Assembly (NCBI GenBank): GCA_034521595.1
Contig: JAXHMG010000003.1
Span: 416,001-480,000 of the forward strand
From: Gemmatimonadota bacterium
Lineage (GTDB): Bacteria; Gemmatimonadota; Gemmatimonadetes; Longimicrobiales; Gaopeijiaceae
Length of the DNA stretch: 64,000 nucleotides
Direction of reading: 5' to 3'
Shown here: positions 35,978 through 45,723 of the stretch, one piece after another
How positions within the stretch are numbered: position 1 is the stretch's first letter
How the letters are laid out: each line of letters begins with the position of its first letter
The notes under the pieces: model-generated
The model's input: only the letters and a program-made list of their open reading frames with translations
The model's database searches: none
What the model was told of the DNA's origin: nothing
Translations under genes and position numbers: made by a program

Positions 35978-36991
35978 ATGACCTATCCGGAACCCAAGGC
36001 CGTCCCGGGCGCCATGCGTCCGCGGCGCCTACGCCGCAGCGCCGCGCTCAGAGAGCTCGTGCGGGAGCACCGTCTCGCGCCCGCGCACCTCGTGCTTCCC
36101 CTCTTCGTGACCGAGGTGGAAAACGAGCCCGTCGAGATCGCGTCCATGCCGGGAGCGTTCCGCTGGCCCGTCGAGCGGGTGGACGAGCCGGTCGGTGAGG
36201 CGGTCGACGCGGGGGTGGGTGCGGTGCTGCTCTTCGGGATTCCCGCGCACAAGGACCCGCGAGGCAGTCAGGCCTCGGCGACCGACGGCGTCGTCCAACG
36301 CGCTGTGAGGGCTCTGCGTGCGTCCGGGTTCACCGGGGTCGTGATTACCGATGTGTGTCTGTGTGAGTATACCGATCATGGACACTGCGGCCTTCTCGAC
36401 TCGGACGGCGTGGTGCTGAACGACCCGTCGTTGGAGCGGCTCGCGGACGCGGCCGTGTCCCTCGCTCAGGCGGGGGCCGATGTCGTGGCTCCGTCCGCGA
36501 TGATGGACGGCCAGGTGGCGGCCATTCGGAGCGCGCTGGACGAGGCAGGGGCCGAGCAAACGGCGATCCTGTCCTACTCTGCCAAGTACGCGTCGTCCTA
36601 CTACGGCCCGTTCCGGGACGCCGCGGACGGCGCGCCGGCATTCGGGGATCGGAAGAGCCATCAGATGGACCCCGGGAACGCTCGGGAAGCGATTCGCGAA
36701 CACCGTCTCGACATCGCGGAAGGAGCGGACGTGTTGATGGTGAAGCCGGGCCTTTCGTATCTCGACATCGTGCGCCGATCCCGCGAGGCGTTTCCCGACG
36801 TGCCCCTCGCGGCGTACAACGTGAGCGGGGAATACAGCATGGTGAAGGCGGCGGCCGCACGAGGTTGGATCGACGAGCGTTCCGTCGTTCTGGAGACGTT
36901 GCTCAGCTTCCGGCGCGCGGGCGCGGATATGATCATCACCTACCACGCGCTCGATGCGGCCCGTTGGTTGGGTGAGGCGCATACACTTTGA
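35978..36991 (+). CDS. hemB: Porphobilinogen synthase (Zn-binding type)
   Basis: RPRRLR, DVCLCEYTDHGHCG, PSAMMDG, YYGPFRDA, MVKP and AYNVSGEYSM. Confidence 0.97.
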   Translation: MTYPEPKAVPGAMRPRRLRRSAALRELVREHRLAPAHLVLPLFVTEVENEPVEIASMPGAFRWPVERVDEPVGEAVDAGVGAVLLFGIPAHKDPRGSQASATDGVVQRAVRALRASGFTGVVITDVCLCEYTDHGHCGLLDSDGVVLNDPSLERLADAAVSLAQAGADVVAPSAMMDGQVAAIRSALDEAGAEQTAILSYSAKYASSYYGPFRDAADGAPAFGDRKSHQMDPGNAREAIREHRLDIAEGADVLMVKPGLSYLDIVRRSREAFPDVPLAAYNVSGEYSMVKAAAARGWIDERSVVLETLLSFRRAGADMIITYHALDAARWLGEAHTL

Positions 36992-37002
36992 GAGGAAGAC
37001 GT

Positions 37003-37119
37003 ATGTCGGAGACCGAATCGGAAAGCGAGATGAAACGGCCCATCGTGGGACGGTGCACCACGCCGCTCCACACCGGGGTTTCGATCCCGGCAGGGGAGTG
37101 GGCGGAGAGCCTGGCGTAG
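37003..37119 (+). CDS. Putative 38-aa small ORF between hemB and hemA
   Basis: GAGGA SD before ATG 37003; translates to MSETESESEMKRPIVGRCTTPLHTGVSIPAGEWAESLA. Confidence 0.35.
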   Translation: MSETESESEMKRPIVGRCTTPLHTGVSIPAGEWAESLA

Positions 37120-37130
37120 CCGGGAGCGAC

Positions 37131-38426
37131 GTGTCCGTGGAGCTTTTCGTCGTCGGTACGAGCCAGTCGGTTGCCCCGACTCGAGTCCGCGAGCGTATGT
37201 ACGTGGATCTCGACGAGGTGTATGCTACGCTCGGCGCGCTCCTGACCGATCGGGGGGTGCTGGAGGAGGCCGTGCCTCTCGCGACGTGTGGTCGACTCGA
37301 GCTCTACTGCGTGGCGCGTGAGCCGGAGCGCGCGCTCAAGCTCCTCGTCCGCATGTTGGCTCGTCGGACGGGGGTGCCGAAGGACGAGCTCCGGACCCAC
37401 GTCTATGCGCTCAAGGGCCAGACGGCGGTGCGTCACCTCTTCCGTGTGGCCTCCGGTCTCGACTCGATCGTCCACGGCGAGGCGCAGATCCTGGGGCAGG
37501 TTCGGGAGGCCGCGTACCACCCGCTCGCGATGACGAGCAAGGGGCCCATCCTTCACCGGATGTTCGAGATGGCGCTGTCGACCGGGAAGAAGGTGCGAAC
37601 GGAGACGGATATCGGACGTGGAGCTGCTTCGCTCGCCAGCGCGTCGCTCAAGATGGTCCAGCGCGAAGTGGGCTCCATGGAACACGTGCGGGCGGTCGTG
37701 ATCGGTGCGGGCGAGACGGGCGCCCTCATGGCACGGTTGCTCCGCAAGGCGGGTGTAGGCCGGCTGACGATCGCCAACCGGACGGAGGAGACGGCCCACG
37801 AGCTCGCCGAGTCAGTCGGTGGGGAAGGGGTCGGCCTCGACCGCTTGCCGGAGCTCCTGGGTGACGCGGATCTGGTCGTGGGTGCCGTGACCTCGGACGA
37901 GTGGTTGGTGACGGTGGACATGGTTCGGGAACGTGTGCCGACCTCGTCCGAGCGTCCCCTGCGCTTCCTGGATCTGGCGCATCCCAGAAACTTCGATCCC
38001 GCTCTCGCGGAATTGTCTGGGGTTCGACTGTTCGATCTCGATCACGTCTTCGAGCGGGTCGAGGAGGCGAGAGCGGCACGGGCCGCCCAGATCCCCAGGG
38101 CGGAGGCCATCGTCCGAGAGCAGGCCGACGCCTACGAGCAGTGGCTCCGCTCGAGACGAAGCGTCGACGTTCTCAAGGCCGTGCGCCGGCAGGTCCTGGA
38201 TCTCGCTCAAGCGGAGGCGGAGCGGTTCGGACAGGGCCGCAGTGAGGAAGAGAAGGAACAAATGCGGCAGCTCGCGCGCTCACTCGCGCGCACGTTCCTG
38301 CATCCGCCGACCGTGGCGTTGCGGGAGACGGACCCCGAGAGCCCGGAAGGGCGCTTCCTGCTCGACAACGCTCCGGCACTCTTCGGTGTGGACCCGGACG
38401 ATGCCGACGGCAAGGAGTCGAGTTGA
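37131..38426 (+). CDS. hemA: Glutamyl-tRNA reductase
   Basis: LATCGRLELY, HLFRVASGLDS, GEAQILGQV, IGAGETG and DLAHPRNFD; GGGAG SD. Confidence 0.95.
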   Translation: MSVELFVVGTSQSVAPTRVRERMYVDLDEVYATLGALLTDRGVLEEAVPLATCGRLELYCVAREPERALKLLVRMLARRTGVPKDELRTHVYALKGQTAVRHLFRVASGLDSIVHGEAQILGQVREAAYHPLAMTSKGPILHRMFEMALSTGKKVRTETDIGRGAASLASASLKMVQREVGSMEHVRAVVIGAGETGALMARLLRKAGVGRLTIANRTEETAHELAESVGGEGVGLDRLPELLGDADLVVGAVTSDEWLVTVDMVRERVPTSSERPLRFLDLAHPRNFDPALAELSGVRLFDLDHVFERVEEARAARAAQIPRAEAIVREQADAYEQWLRSRRSVDVLKAVRRQVLDLAQAEAERFGQGRSEEEKEQMRQLARSLARTFLHPPTVALRETDPESPEGRFLLDNAPALFGVDPDDADGKESS

Positions 38427-39376
38427 CGGCCGTCCGGTTGGGCACGCGCGGGTCTCGGCTGGCGCTCACCCAGTCGGAATGGATCGCGGGCCTCCTGCGA
38501 GAGCGGCATCCCGGGCTCGAGGTCGAGCTCGTGCGGATCCGGACGTCGGGTGACTCCATACGTGACGTGCCGCTCGGCCCCGAGCTCGGGCAGGCGTTCT
38601 TCACGAAGGAGATCGAAGACGCGCTCCTGGACGGGCGAATCGACCTGGCGGTCCATTCCTGTAAGGATCTGGCGACGGCGATGCCCGAAGGGCTCCGGAT
38701 CGGGGCGATCCCGAAACGGGAGGATCCGCGTGACGTGCTCGTGAGCGGGTACGCAAGCCTGGGCGCGCTGCCGAAAGGGGCGACCGTGGGCACCTCGAGT
38801 CCGCGGCGGAAGGGGTTTTTGCGGGCCGCGCGCCCCGACTTGGATGTTCGTGACCAGCGTGGCAACGTTCCGACCCGGCTCCAAGCCGTCGACGACGGCG
38901 TCGTCGACGCCGTCGTGCTCGCGGCGGCCGGACTGGCTCGGCTCGGCTTCGCAGCCCGTGCCACGGAGATGATCGACCCCCACGTCATGCTTCCGGCCGC
39001 GGCCCAAGGGGCGCTCGCCGTGCAGGTTCGACGACAGGACGAGCGCATGGAGGCACTGACGGCGACGCTCGACGATCCGGCCACCCGGCGGACGGTGGAA
39101 GCGGAGCGGGCGTGTCTGAGTAGGTTGGAAGCCGGATGTCAGGCGCCCGTCGGTGTGCTCGCGACGCTCGGTGCCGACGGGATGCTCGACGTTCAGGCCG
39201 CCCTCGTCACGCCGGAGGGAGTGTTGAGGGCGGAGCGCTCCGAAGGACCCGACCTGTCGTCCGACGAGGTCGGAAGGGCGCTCGCGGAATCCCTGCTTCA
39301 GCAGGCCGGCCTTCCCTCGCTTCGGGATGCGGCCTGGGCCGGTCCGGCGCCCAGGACCCCGGATTCGGGAACATGA
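38423..39376 (+). CDS. hemC: Hydroxymethylbilane synthase
   Basis: GTRGSRLALTQ, FTKEIE, VHSCKD, GTSSPRR, RGNV and LEAGCQAPVG; TTG start overlapping the hemA stop. Confidence 0.96.
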   Translation: MTAVRLGTRGSRLALTQSEWIAGLLRERHPGLEVELVRIRTSGDSIRDVPLGPELGQAFFTKEIEDALLDGRIDLAVHSCKDLATAMPEGLRIGAIPKREDPRDVLVSGYASLGALPKGATVGTSSPRRKGFLRAARPDLDVRDQRGNVPTRLQAVDDGVVDAVVLAAAGLARLGFAARATEMIDPHVMLPAAAQGALAVQVRRQDERMEALTATLDDPATRRTVEAERACLSRLEAGCQAPVGVLATLGADGMLDVQAALVTPEGVLRAERSEGPDLSSDEVGRALAESLLQQAGLPSLRDAAWAGPAPRTPDSGT

Positions 39377-40176
39377 GGCTCTTGGGCCGGGTGGTCGCCA
39401 CCACCCGGGACGGTGCGCCGGATGATCCATTGACGGGCAAGCTGGAGGCGGCAGGCGCGACCGTGGTCGAGTGGCCGGCCCTGGAGTTCGCTCCACCGGT
39501 GGATGAGGGAGCGCTCGACCGTGCTCGCCGCGGTGTTCTGGAGGGAGCCTTCGACTGGATCGTGTTCACCAGCGCCCGAGCGGTGGAAGCGCTCGGGCGG
39601 GGAGACGGCGTTCCGGGCGACGTGCGCGTGGCGGCCGTGGGCCGTGCGACCGCTCGCGCGCTTCGGCAAGTGGGGTGGCGAGTCGACGAGACGGGCACCA
39701 ACGATGCGCGAGACCTCGCGGATCAGATGGCCGGGAGCATGCGGCTCGACGGGACCCGGATCCTTTTTCCCGCGGGATCGCTCGCCGGGAGCGCGCTCGA
39801 GGACACCCTGGGAGCCTTGGGGGCCGAGGTGGAGCGGGTCGAGGCGTACAGGACGCGGGAAGTGCCTCCCGACCCGGAGAAGGTGCGCGCCGATCTGCGC
39901 CGCGGCATCGACGTCGTCGCCTTCGCCAGCCCCTCGGCGGTACGCTCGCTCGCCCGCGCTCTGGGACGTTCATGGACCGCCGACATGTCCGGTGTAGGGG
40001 TGGCGGCGATCGGGCCGTCGACCGAGCGTGCACTGGTGGAGGAAGGAATCGAGCGGGGGGACATCGTCACCGCCGCCCCTCCCGGCCTGGACGAGTTGGT
40101 CGAGGCGTGTCGGGTGGCGGTCACCGTGCGTCGAGACGATCCCATGGAGGCATCGGAACGGCCGCGCCAAGAAATC
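39373..40176 (+). CDS. hemD: Uroporphyrinogen-III synthase domain; no stop codon, reads in frame into hemL (whole ORF 39373-41499)
   Basis: VVATTR, WIVFTSARAV, AAVGRATA, EAYRT, FASPSAV and AIGPST; ATGA coupling to hemC. Confidence 0.9.
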
Positions 40177-40197
40177 ATGACCAAGGTGGAAGGAACG

Positions 40198-41499
40198 ATG
40201 AACACGACACGGAGCGAGGAGCTCATAGCCCGTTCGCGAAAGATCATCCCGGGAGGCGTGAACAGCCCGGTGCGTGCCTTCACCGGAGTCGGGGGCACCC
40301 CGCGGTTCGTGCACTCGGCGGACGGCGCCTTTCTGAACGACGTGGACGGGAACCGGCTCCTCGACTACATCGGCTCGTGGGGCGTGATGGTCCTCGGTCA
40401 CGCCCATCCGGCCGTGCGGCACGCCCTCGCGGAAGCGATAGAGCGAGGCACGTCGTTCGGGACGGCCACGGAGGGCGAGGCCGAGCTCGCCGAAGCGATC
40501 GCGGAGCGTGTACCCAGCGTGGAGCTCTTGCGGTTGGTCAACTCGGGTACGGAAGCCACGATGAGCGCCCTTCGCCTCGCGCGGGCGGCGACCCAGCGGA
40601 CCCGCATCGTCAAGTTTCGGGGAGGCTACCACGGGCACGGGGATGCCTTTCTCGTCGAAGCCGGGTCGGGCGCGGCGACGCTGGGGGTCCCGTCGAGTCC
40701 CGGCGTGCCTACCGGGACCGTGGCCGATTCCCTCGTGGCGGAGTACAACGACTTGGCTTCGGTGGAAGCGCTGTTCGAAGCGAATCCGGATGAGATCGCG
40801 GCCGTCTTCGTCGAGCCGGTGGCGGGCAACATGGGCTGCATCCCACCGGCGGAAGGCTTTCTGGAAGGGCTCAGGGAGCTGACCTCGGCGCATGGGGCGT
40901 TGCTGATCTTCGACGAAGTGATGACGGGCTTCCGCGTGGCCGAAGGAGGCGCGCAAACACGCTACGGCGTCACGCCCGACCTCACCACGCTCGGCAAGGT
41001 GATCGGCGGCGGGCTTCCGGTCGGTGCGTACGGCGGGAGGGAGGACCTCATGCGCATGATCGCGCCGGACGGGCCCGTGTACCAGGCGGGAACGCTGTCC
41101 GGGAATCCGCTCGTGGTGGCCGCGGGACTCGCCACCCTGCGCTTTATCCGGGATGATGCGGGCGTCTACGATCATCTCGACCGCCTGGGCGCGATGTTCG
41201 ACGAAGGGTTCGCCGATATCGGACGTCGAGTGGGCGTCCCGCTGCGGTGGAACCGAGCGGGGGGGATGGGATCCCTCTTCTTCTCCGAGGGCCCGGTGGT
41301 GGATTGGGAGACCGCCGCGGCTTCGGATCGGGAGCGGTTCACTCGCTTCTTTCACGCGATGCTGGATCGCGGCATCCATTTGCCTCCGAGCTCGTTCGAG
41401 GCCTGGTTCTGGTCTTATGCGCACACGGAGGCGGACGTGACGCGGACATTGGAGGCCGTCGAGGAGGTTCTCGTGCGAGACGGAGCGGATCATGCCTGA
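40198..41499 (+). CDS. hemL: Glutamate-1-semialdehyde 2,1-aminomutase
   Basis: IPGGVNSPVRAF, NSGTEATMSA, YHGHGD, FDEVMTGFR, LGKVIGGGLP and YQAGTLSGNP; own SD-like GGAAGGA before ATG 40198. Confidence 0.96.
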   Translation: MNTTRSEELIARSRKIIPGGVNSPVRAFTGVGGTPRFVHSADGAFLNDVDGNRLLDYIGSWGVMVLGHAHPAVRHALAEAIERGTSFGTATEGEAELAEAIAERVPSVELLRLVNSGTEATMSALRLARAATQRTRIVKFRGGYHGHGDAFLVEAGSGAATLGVPSSPGVPTGTVADSLVAEYNDLASVEALFEANPDEIAAVFVEPVAGNMGCIPPAEGFLEGLRELTSAHGALLIFDEVMTGFRVAEGGAQTRYGVTPDLTTLGKVIGGGLPVGAYGGREDLMRMIAPDGPVYQAGTLSGNPLVVAAGLATLRFIRDDAGVYDHLDRLGAMFDEGFADIGRRVGVPLRWNRAGGMGSLFFSEGPVVDWETAAASDRERFTRFFHAMLDRGIHLPPSSFEAWFWSYAHTEADVTRTLEAVEEVLVRDGADHA

Positions 41500-42565
41500 A
41501 GGCCGGACGTTGTTCGAGCGTGCCTGCCGCGGCGAACGAGGGGCTCAAGTCCCCGTTTGGATCATGCGGCAGGCTGGTCGTTACCTGCCCGAGTATCGGG
41601 CGCTCCGGGAGCGCGTGGACTTCCTGACGGCGACGAAGACGCCCGAGCTCGCGGCCGAGATCACGCTTCAGCCGATGCGCCGCTTTCCTCTCGACGCGGC
41701 GATTCTCTTCGCCGACATCATGACACCGCTCGAAGGGATGGGGGTCGCGATGAGCTTTGCTCCGGGCCCGGTGATCGAGACGCCGGTACGGACCCCCCAG
41801 GAGGCCGCGGCGTTGCGGGCGCTCGATCCCGAGGAGGGCACTCCGTTCGTCGCGGAAGCGATCAGCATGGTGCGTGACGAGCTCGAGGACGACCGTGCGC
41901 TGATCGCGTTCGCGGGCGCGCCGTTCACGCTCTTCTGCTACCTCGTGGAAGGCGGGGGATCGAAAGATTTCATGGAAGCGAGGAGCTTTCTCCGTGCCCA
42001 GCCGGAGGCAGCGGGCGCGCTCCTCGACCTCCTCGGTGAGAGCATGGCTCGCTATCTCGTGGCTCAGGCCCGGGCAGGCGCGGACGCCCTGATGGTGTTC
42101 GACTCGTGGGTGGGCTTGCTCGGGCCGGACACCTACCGGCGCTTCGCGCTTCCGGTTCTGCAGCGCATGGTGACGCGAGTACGCACGGAGGTGGACAGGC
42201 CGGTCATCTACTTTGCCAACGGAGGCGCCACGCTGCTCGAGTCGGCCGCGGACGTCGGCGCCGACGTCTTGGGGCTCGACTGGACGTTGCCTCTTTCCTC
42301 GGCGGTGCAACGGCTCGGACCGGGAACGGTCTTGCAGGGGAATCTGGATCCCGCCGCGTTGTTCGCGCCGGAGCAAGAGTTGGGCGACGCGATCGACACC
42401 GTCCTCGGGGAGGGCGCGTCGGCCGCGGCACACATCTTCAACCTCGGTCACGGGATTCACCGTACCACTGATCCGGACCGGGTCGCGTTTCTGGTGGACC
42501 GCGTACACGAAGCGTCCGAGCGCGTGCACCCGCCTCGCACGACATCCACGGGAGCATCACAATGA
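41492..42565 (+). CDS. hemE: Uroporphyrinogen decarboxylase
   Basis: VWIMRQAGRYLPEY, AAILFADI, QGNLDP and HIFNLGHGI. Confidence 0.97.
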   Translation: MPEGRTLFERACRGERGAQVPVWIMRQAGRYLPEYRALRERVDFLTATKTPELAAEITLQPMRRFPLDAAILFADIMTPLEGMGVAMSFAPGPVIETPVRTPQEAAALRALDPEEGTPFVAEAISMVRDELEDDRALIAFAGAPFTLFCYLVEGGGSKDFMEARSFLRAQPEAAGALLDLLGESMARYLVAQARAGADALMVFDSWVGLLGPDTYRRFALPVLQRMVTRVRTEVDRPVIYFANGGATLLESAADVGADVLGLDWTLPLSSAVQRLGPGTVLQGNLDPAALFAPEQELGDAIDTVLGEGASAAAHIFNLGHGIHRTTDPDRVAFLVDRVHEASERVHPPRTTSTGASQ

Positions 42566-43647
42566 GGCCATCGTCCGAGAAGCTGGGTGTGTTGGTCATC
42601 AACTTCGGTGAGCCGGACGAGCCCGTGCTCGAAAAGGTCGAGCCGTTTCTGGAGCGGATCTTTCTGCAGAACGCGGGCCTGGAGCCGAACGAATCCGTGC
42701 GGGAGCGCGCCCGTCAGCTCGCTGCGGACCGCGCGCCCGGCCTCATCGAGGAGTACCGGGAGATCGGTGGCTCACCCCTGAACAACCAGGCCGAAGAGCA
42801 GGCGGAGGCTCTCGAGCGCGTTCTCGCTACCCGTGGATGGGACGTGCGCGTGTACCCGGCCTACCAGTTCACCGCGCCCACGATCGAGGAACGGATCGTG
42901 GAAGCCCGGTCGGAAGGCGTGGAGACGCTCGTCGCCGTGCCCGTGTATCCTCTCTGTGGCCAGTCCACCACGGTCGCCGCGTTGGACGAGGTGGTGCGTA
43001 CCCTGGCCAAGGATGAGGAGAGCCCGCGATTCGTCGGTGTTTCGGGATGGCACGACCATCCCGCCTACGTCCGGCTCCGGGTGGACAATATCCGCTCCTT
43101 CGTCGCGTCGAGGGGGCTCGACCTCACCGATCCCGATACGCTGCTCTATTTTTCCGTCCACGGCACACCGGTGAAGTATCTGGAGGCGGGGAACCGTTAC
43201 GATCGGTACGTGGACGAGCATTGCAGGACCGTCGCGGCGGAGCTCGGCACGAACCGGTACGGGGTCGGCTTCCAGAACCACACGAATCGGCACATCGTCT
43301 GGACGCAGCCGGACAATGAAGAGCGCATCCGGAACGCGTCCGAAGGGACGTTGGTGGTGGTCCCGATCTCCTTCATGCACGAGCAGTCGGAGACGCTCGC
43401 GGAGCTGGACATCGAGATGCGCCGCTTCGTGGAGGGGCTCGGCAAGACGTTCCACAGGGTGCCCGTGCCCCACGACGCTCCCGCCTTCGCCGACCTCCTC
43501 GCGGACCTCGTGGAGGAGCTCGCGGCGGGCCCGGAGTCCGGACGACTGTCTCTCGCGGCTTGCCGGTGCGCGCCCCATGACGGCATCTGGTGCACGAATG
43601 GCGCGCGTGATCTGCCCCCGAGCCCATTTCTGCCGGCGAGTGCGTGA
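42562..43647 (+). CDS. hemH: Ferrochelatase
   Basis: LVINFGEP, IGGSPL, FSVHGTP, WTQP and SFMHEQSETLAELD. Confidence 0.92.
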   Translation: MRPSSEKLGVLVINFGEPDEPVLEKVEPFLERIFLQNAGLEPNESVRERARQLAADRAPGLIEEYREIGGSPLNNQAEEQAEALERVLATRGWDVRVYPAYQFTAPTIEERIVEARSEGVETLVAVPVYPLCGQSTTVAALDEVVRTLAKDEESPRFVGVSGWHDHPAYVRLRVDNIRSFVASRGLDLTDPDTLLYFSVHGTPVKYLEAGNRYDRYVDEHCRTVAAELGTNRYGVGFQNHTNRHIVWTQPDNEERIRNASEGTLVVVPISFMHEQSETLAELDIEMRRFVEGLGKTFHRVPVPHDAPAFADLLADLVEELAAGPESGRLSLAACRCAPHDGIWCTNGARDLPPSPFLPASA

Positions 43648-43755
43648 TCTGCACCGGCTACACGGTGGTCTCCCTGGCACGGGCTGCTCGTGCGGTGGGC
43701 TGACGTGGGCGTCCGTGGGGCGCTTCGGTAGGCGCGGGGTAGGGAGCTCTCCCGA

Positions 43756-45054
43756 ATGATCGCGGTCGTCGGAGGCGGAATCACCGGGCTGGCCGTGGGC
43801 CATGCGCTGCGACGCACGGAAACGGACGTCGTCGTCTTCGAGGCGGAGGAACGACCGGGCGGCGTCATCCGGAGTGCCGAGATCGACGGACGTGTGCTCG
43901 ACTGGGGACCCCAACGGACCAGGCTCACGGCGGGGGTGAGCCCCCTGATCCACGAGCTGGGCCTCGACGATCAGGTCGTGACGGCTCCCGACGGCCTGAA
44001 GCTGTTCGTGTTTCGGGATGGAAGGCTCCGAGAGGTGCCTTTTTCGCTCGGGGCGTTCGCCACTTCGGACATCGTGGGCCTGCGCGGCAAGCTTCGCATG
44101 CTGCTCGAGCCGTTGACCCCTGGAGCCGAGCCGGACGAACGCGTGTCGACCTACTTCGAGCGGAAGCTGGGGCGCGAGGTTTACGAGACCATCGTGGCCC
44201 CCCTTTACGGAGGCCTGTACGCGTCCGATCCGGCGGACATGGAGGTGGGGCTCAGCCTGATCCACGTGCTTCGGCAGTTCGGAATCGGACGTAGCCTCCT
44301 GTGGCCCCTGGCGAGGCGCGGGGGGCGGATCGCACCGCCGCCCGCGTGTTCTTTTCGGGACGGCATGCAAACGCTTCCCGACGCGCTGGCTCGTTCGCTG
44401 GGAGCACGGGTGCGCTTCGGACAGCCTGTTCGCTCGCTGGAGCGGATCGGCGACCGTTGGCGGCTCCAGCTCGGGGACGGCTCCGAACGACACAGGGTCG
44501 ATGTCACGTCGGTCGTGCTGGCCGTGCCCGCACCCGTCGCGGGCGAACTGTTGAGCACCATCGCGCCCCGGGCGGCTTCCGTCATCCGCGGGCTCCGCTA
44601 CAATCCGCTGGGCGTGGTCCACCTGGACGCCGAGACGAACCTGACGGGACTCGGCTTCCAGGTTTCGTTCACGGAGCGGCACCGAGCTCTTCGGGGCGTT
44701 ACGTTCAATCACAGCCTGTTCGGGAGGACCAACCTGTACACTGCGTACCTGGGGGGGGCGCTTCGCCCTGATGTCGCGGAGCTGCCCGAGGATGACCTCG
44801 CCAGACTGGCCGTGAAGGAGTTCGGCGAGACGACCGGGTTCGATGCCGAGCCTCTTGCCGCGGAGCAGGAGTGGGTCCCCGCGTGGGACGTGACGTGGCG
44901 AGGGCTCGCGGATGTTTCGCTGCCTGCCGGCCTGCACCTCGGGGGGAACTGGTGGTCCCGACCGGGGCTGCCGGGTCGCATCGCGGAGGCCGAACGTTTG
45001 GCGTCAGCCCTGTCCGAAGCCCGCCCGGAGCCACGGTCCGGGAGGGATACGTGA
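43756..45054 (+). CDS. hemY: HemY-type FAD-dependent proto/coproporphyrinogen oxidase
   Basis: VVGGGITGL, FEAEERPGG, GGLYASDP and SFRDGMQTL. Confidence 0.9.
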   Translation: MIAVVGGGITGLAVGHALRRTETDVVVFEAEERPGGVIRSAEIDGRVLDWGPQRTRLTAGVSPLIHELGLDDQVVTAPDGLKLFVFRDGRLREVPFSLGAFATSDIVGLRGKLRMLLEPLTPGAEPDERVSTYFERKLGREVYETIVAPLYGGLYASDPADMEVGLSLIHVLRQFGIGRSLLWPLARRGGRIAPPPACSFRDGMQTLPDALARSLGARVRFGQPVRSLERIGDRWRLQLGDGSERHRVDVTSVVLAVPAPVAGELLSTIAPRAASVIRGLRYNPLGVVHLDAETNLTGLGFQVSFTERHRALRGVTFNHSLFGRTNLYTAYLGGALRPDVAELPEDDLARLAVKEFGETTGFDAEPLAAEQEWVPAWDVTWRGLADVSLPAGLHLGGNWWSRPGLPGRIAEAERLASALSEARPEPRSGRDT

Positions 45055-45659
45055 GGAGCCGCCCTGCGGGCGTGGTCGCGGTTGCCTGGACGCTGGTCGG
45101 GGTCTCGGGGCTTTTCGCTTTCGCGGTGCTGCGTCTCGGGGGACGGGGTGTGCGCACGATCCTCGAGGGTCTCGCCCCGGGGCAATGGCTCGTGCTGTTG
45201 GTTCTCACCTTCGCGTTCGTGTACGGCGAAGGTGTGATGTCGCTCCAGCGGCGGTGGGTCCCGCGGCTGATCGAGCGGGCGCGGTCGTTACGAGACGAGC
45301 GTCGCGCCCTCCAGGTCCTGGCCCCGCTCTACGGGTTGTCCCTGGTCGGCGCGCCGGCGAAGAGACTGCTCCGGGCATGGCTGGGCACGTTCGCCATCAT
45401 TACCGCGGTGCTGACGGTTCGTACGTTCCCCGATCCGTGGCGGGGGATCGTCGACTTCGCGGTGGCCGGGGCGCTGGTCTGGGGGTTGCTGAGCATCGCG
45501 TGGCGGGCGCCCGGAGCATTTCGAGGCCCTTCAGCCCGGCCCGAGCCAGCGTCCGAACCCGAACCCGGCCGCGGCGACAGCGGCCGTAAGGCACGCGTCC
45601 CAGACGAGCTCCACCGCGACGATGGCGCCGGTCGAGCGCCCTTGGAGAGGGACCCATGA
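45051..45659 (+). CDS. Hypothetical membrane protein coupled to hemY
   Basis: GTGA overlap and GGGAGG SD; about four TM segments; YGEG, LAPLY and PDPWRGIVD. Confidence 0.75.
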   Translation: MRSRPAGVVAVAWTLVGVSGLFAFAVLRLGGRGVRTILEGLAPGQWLVLLVLTFAFVYGEGVMSLQRRWVPRLIERARSLRDERRALQVLAPLYGLSLVGAPAKRLLRAWLGTFAIITAVLTVRTFPDPWRGIVDFAVAGALVWGLLSIAWRAPGAFRGPSARPEPASEPEPGRGDSGRKARVPDELHRDDGAGRAPLERDP

Positions 45660-45723
45660 CAGGAATCCATGACGCTACGGCGGAAGATAGGAGGAAGGGG
45701 CCGGGCTGGGTGGAGGCGCTGGC

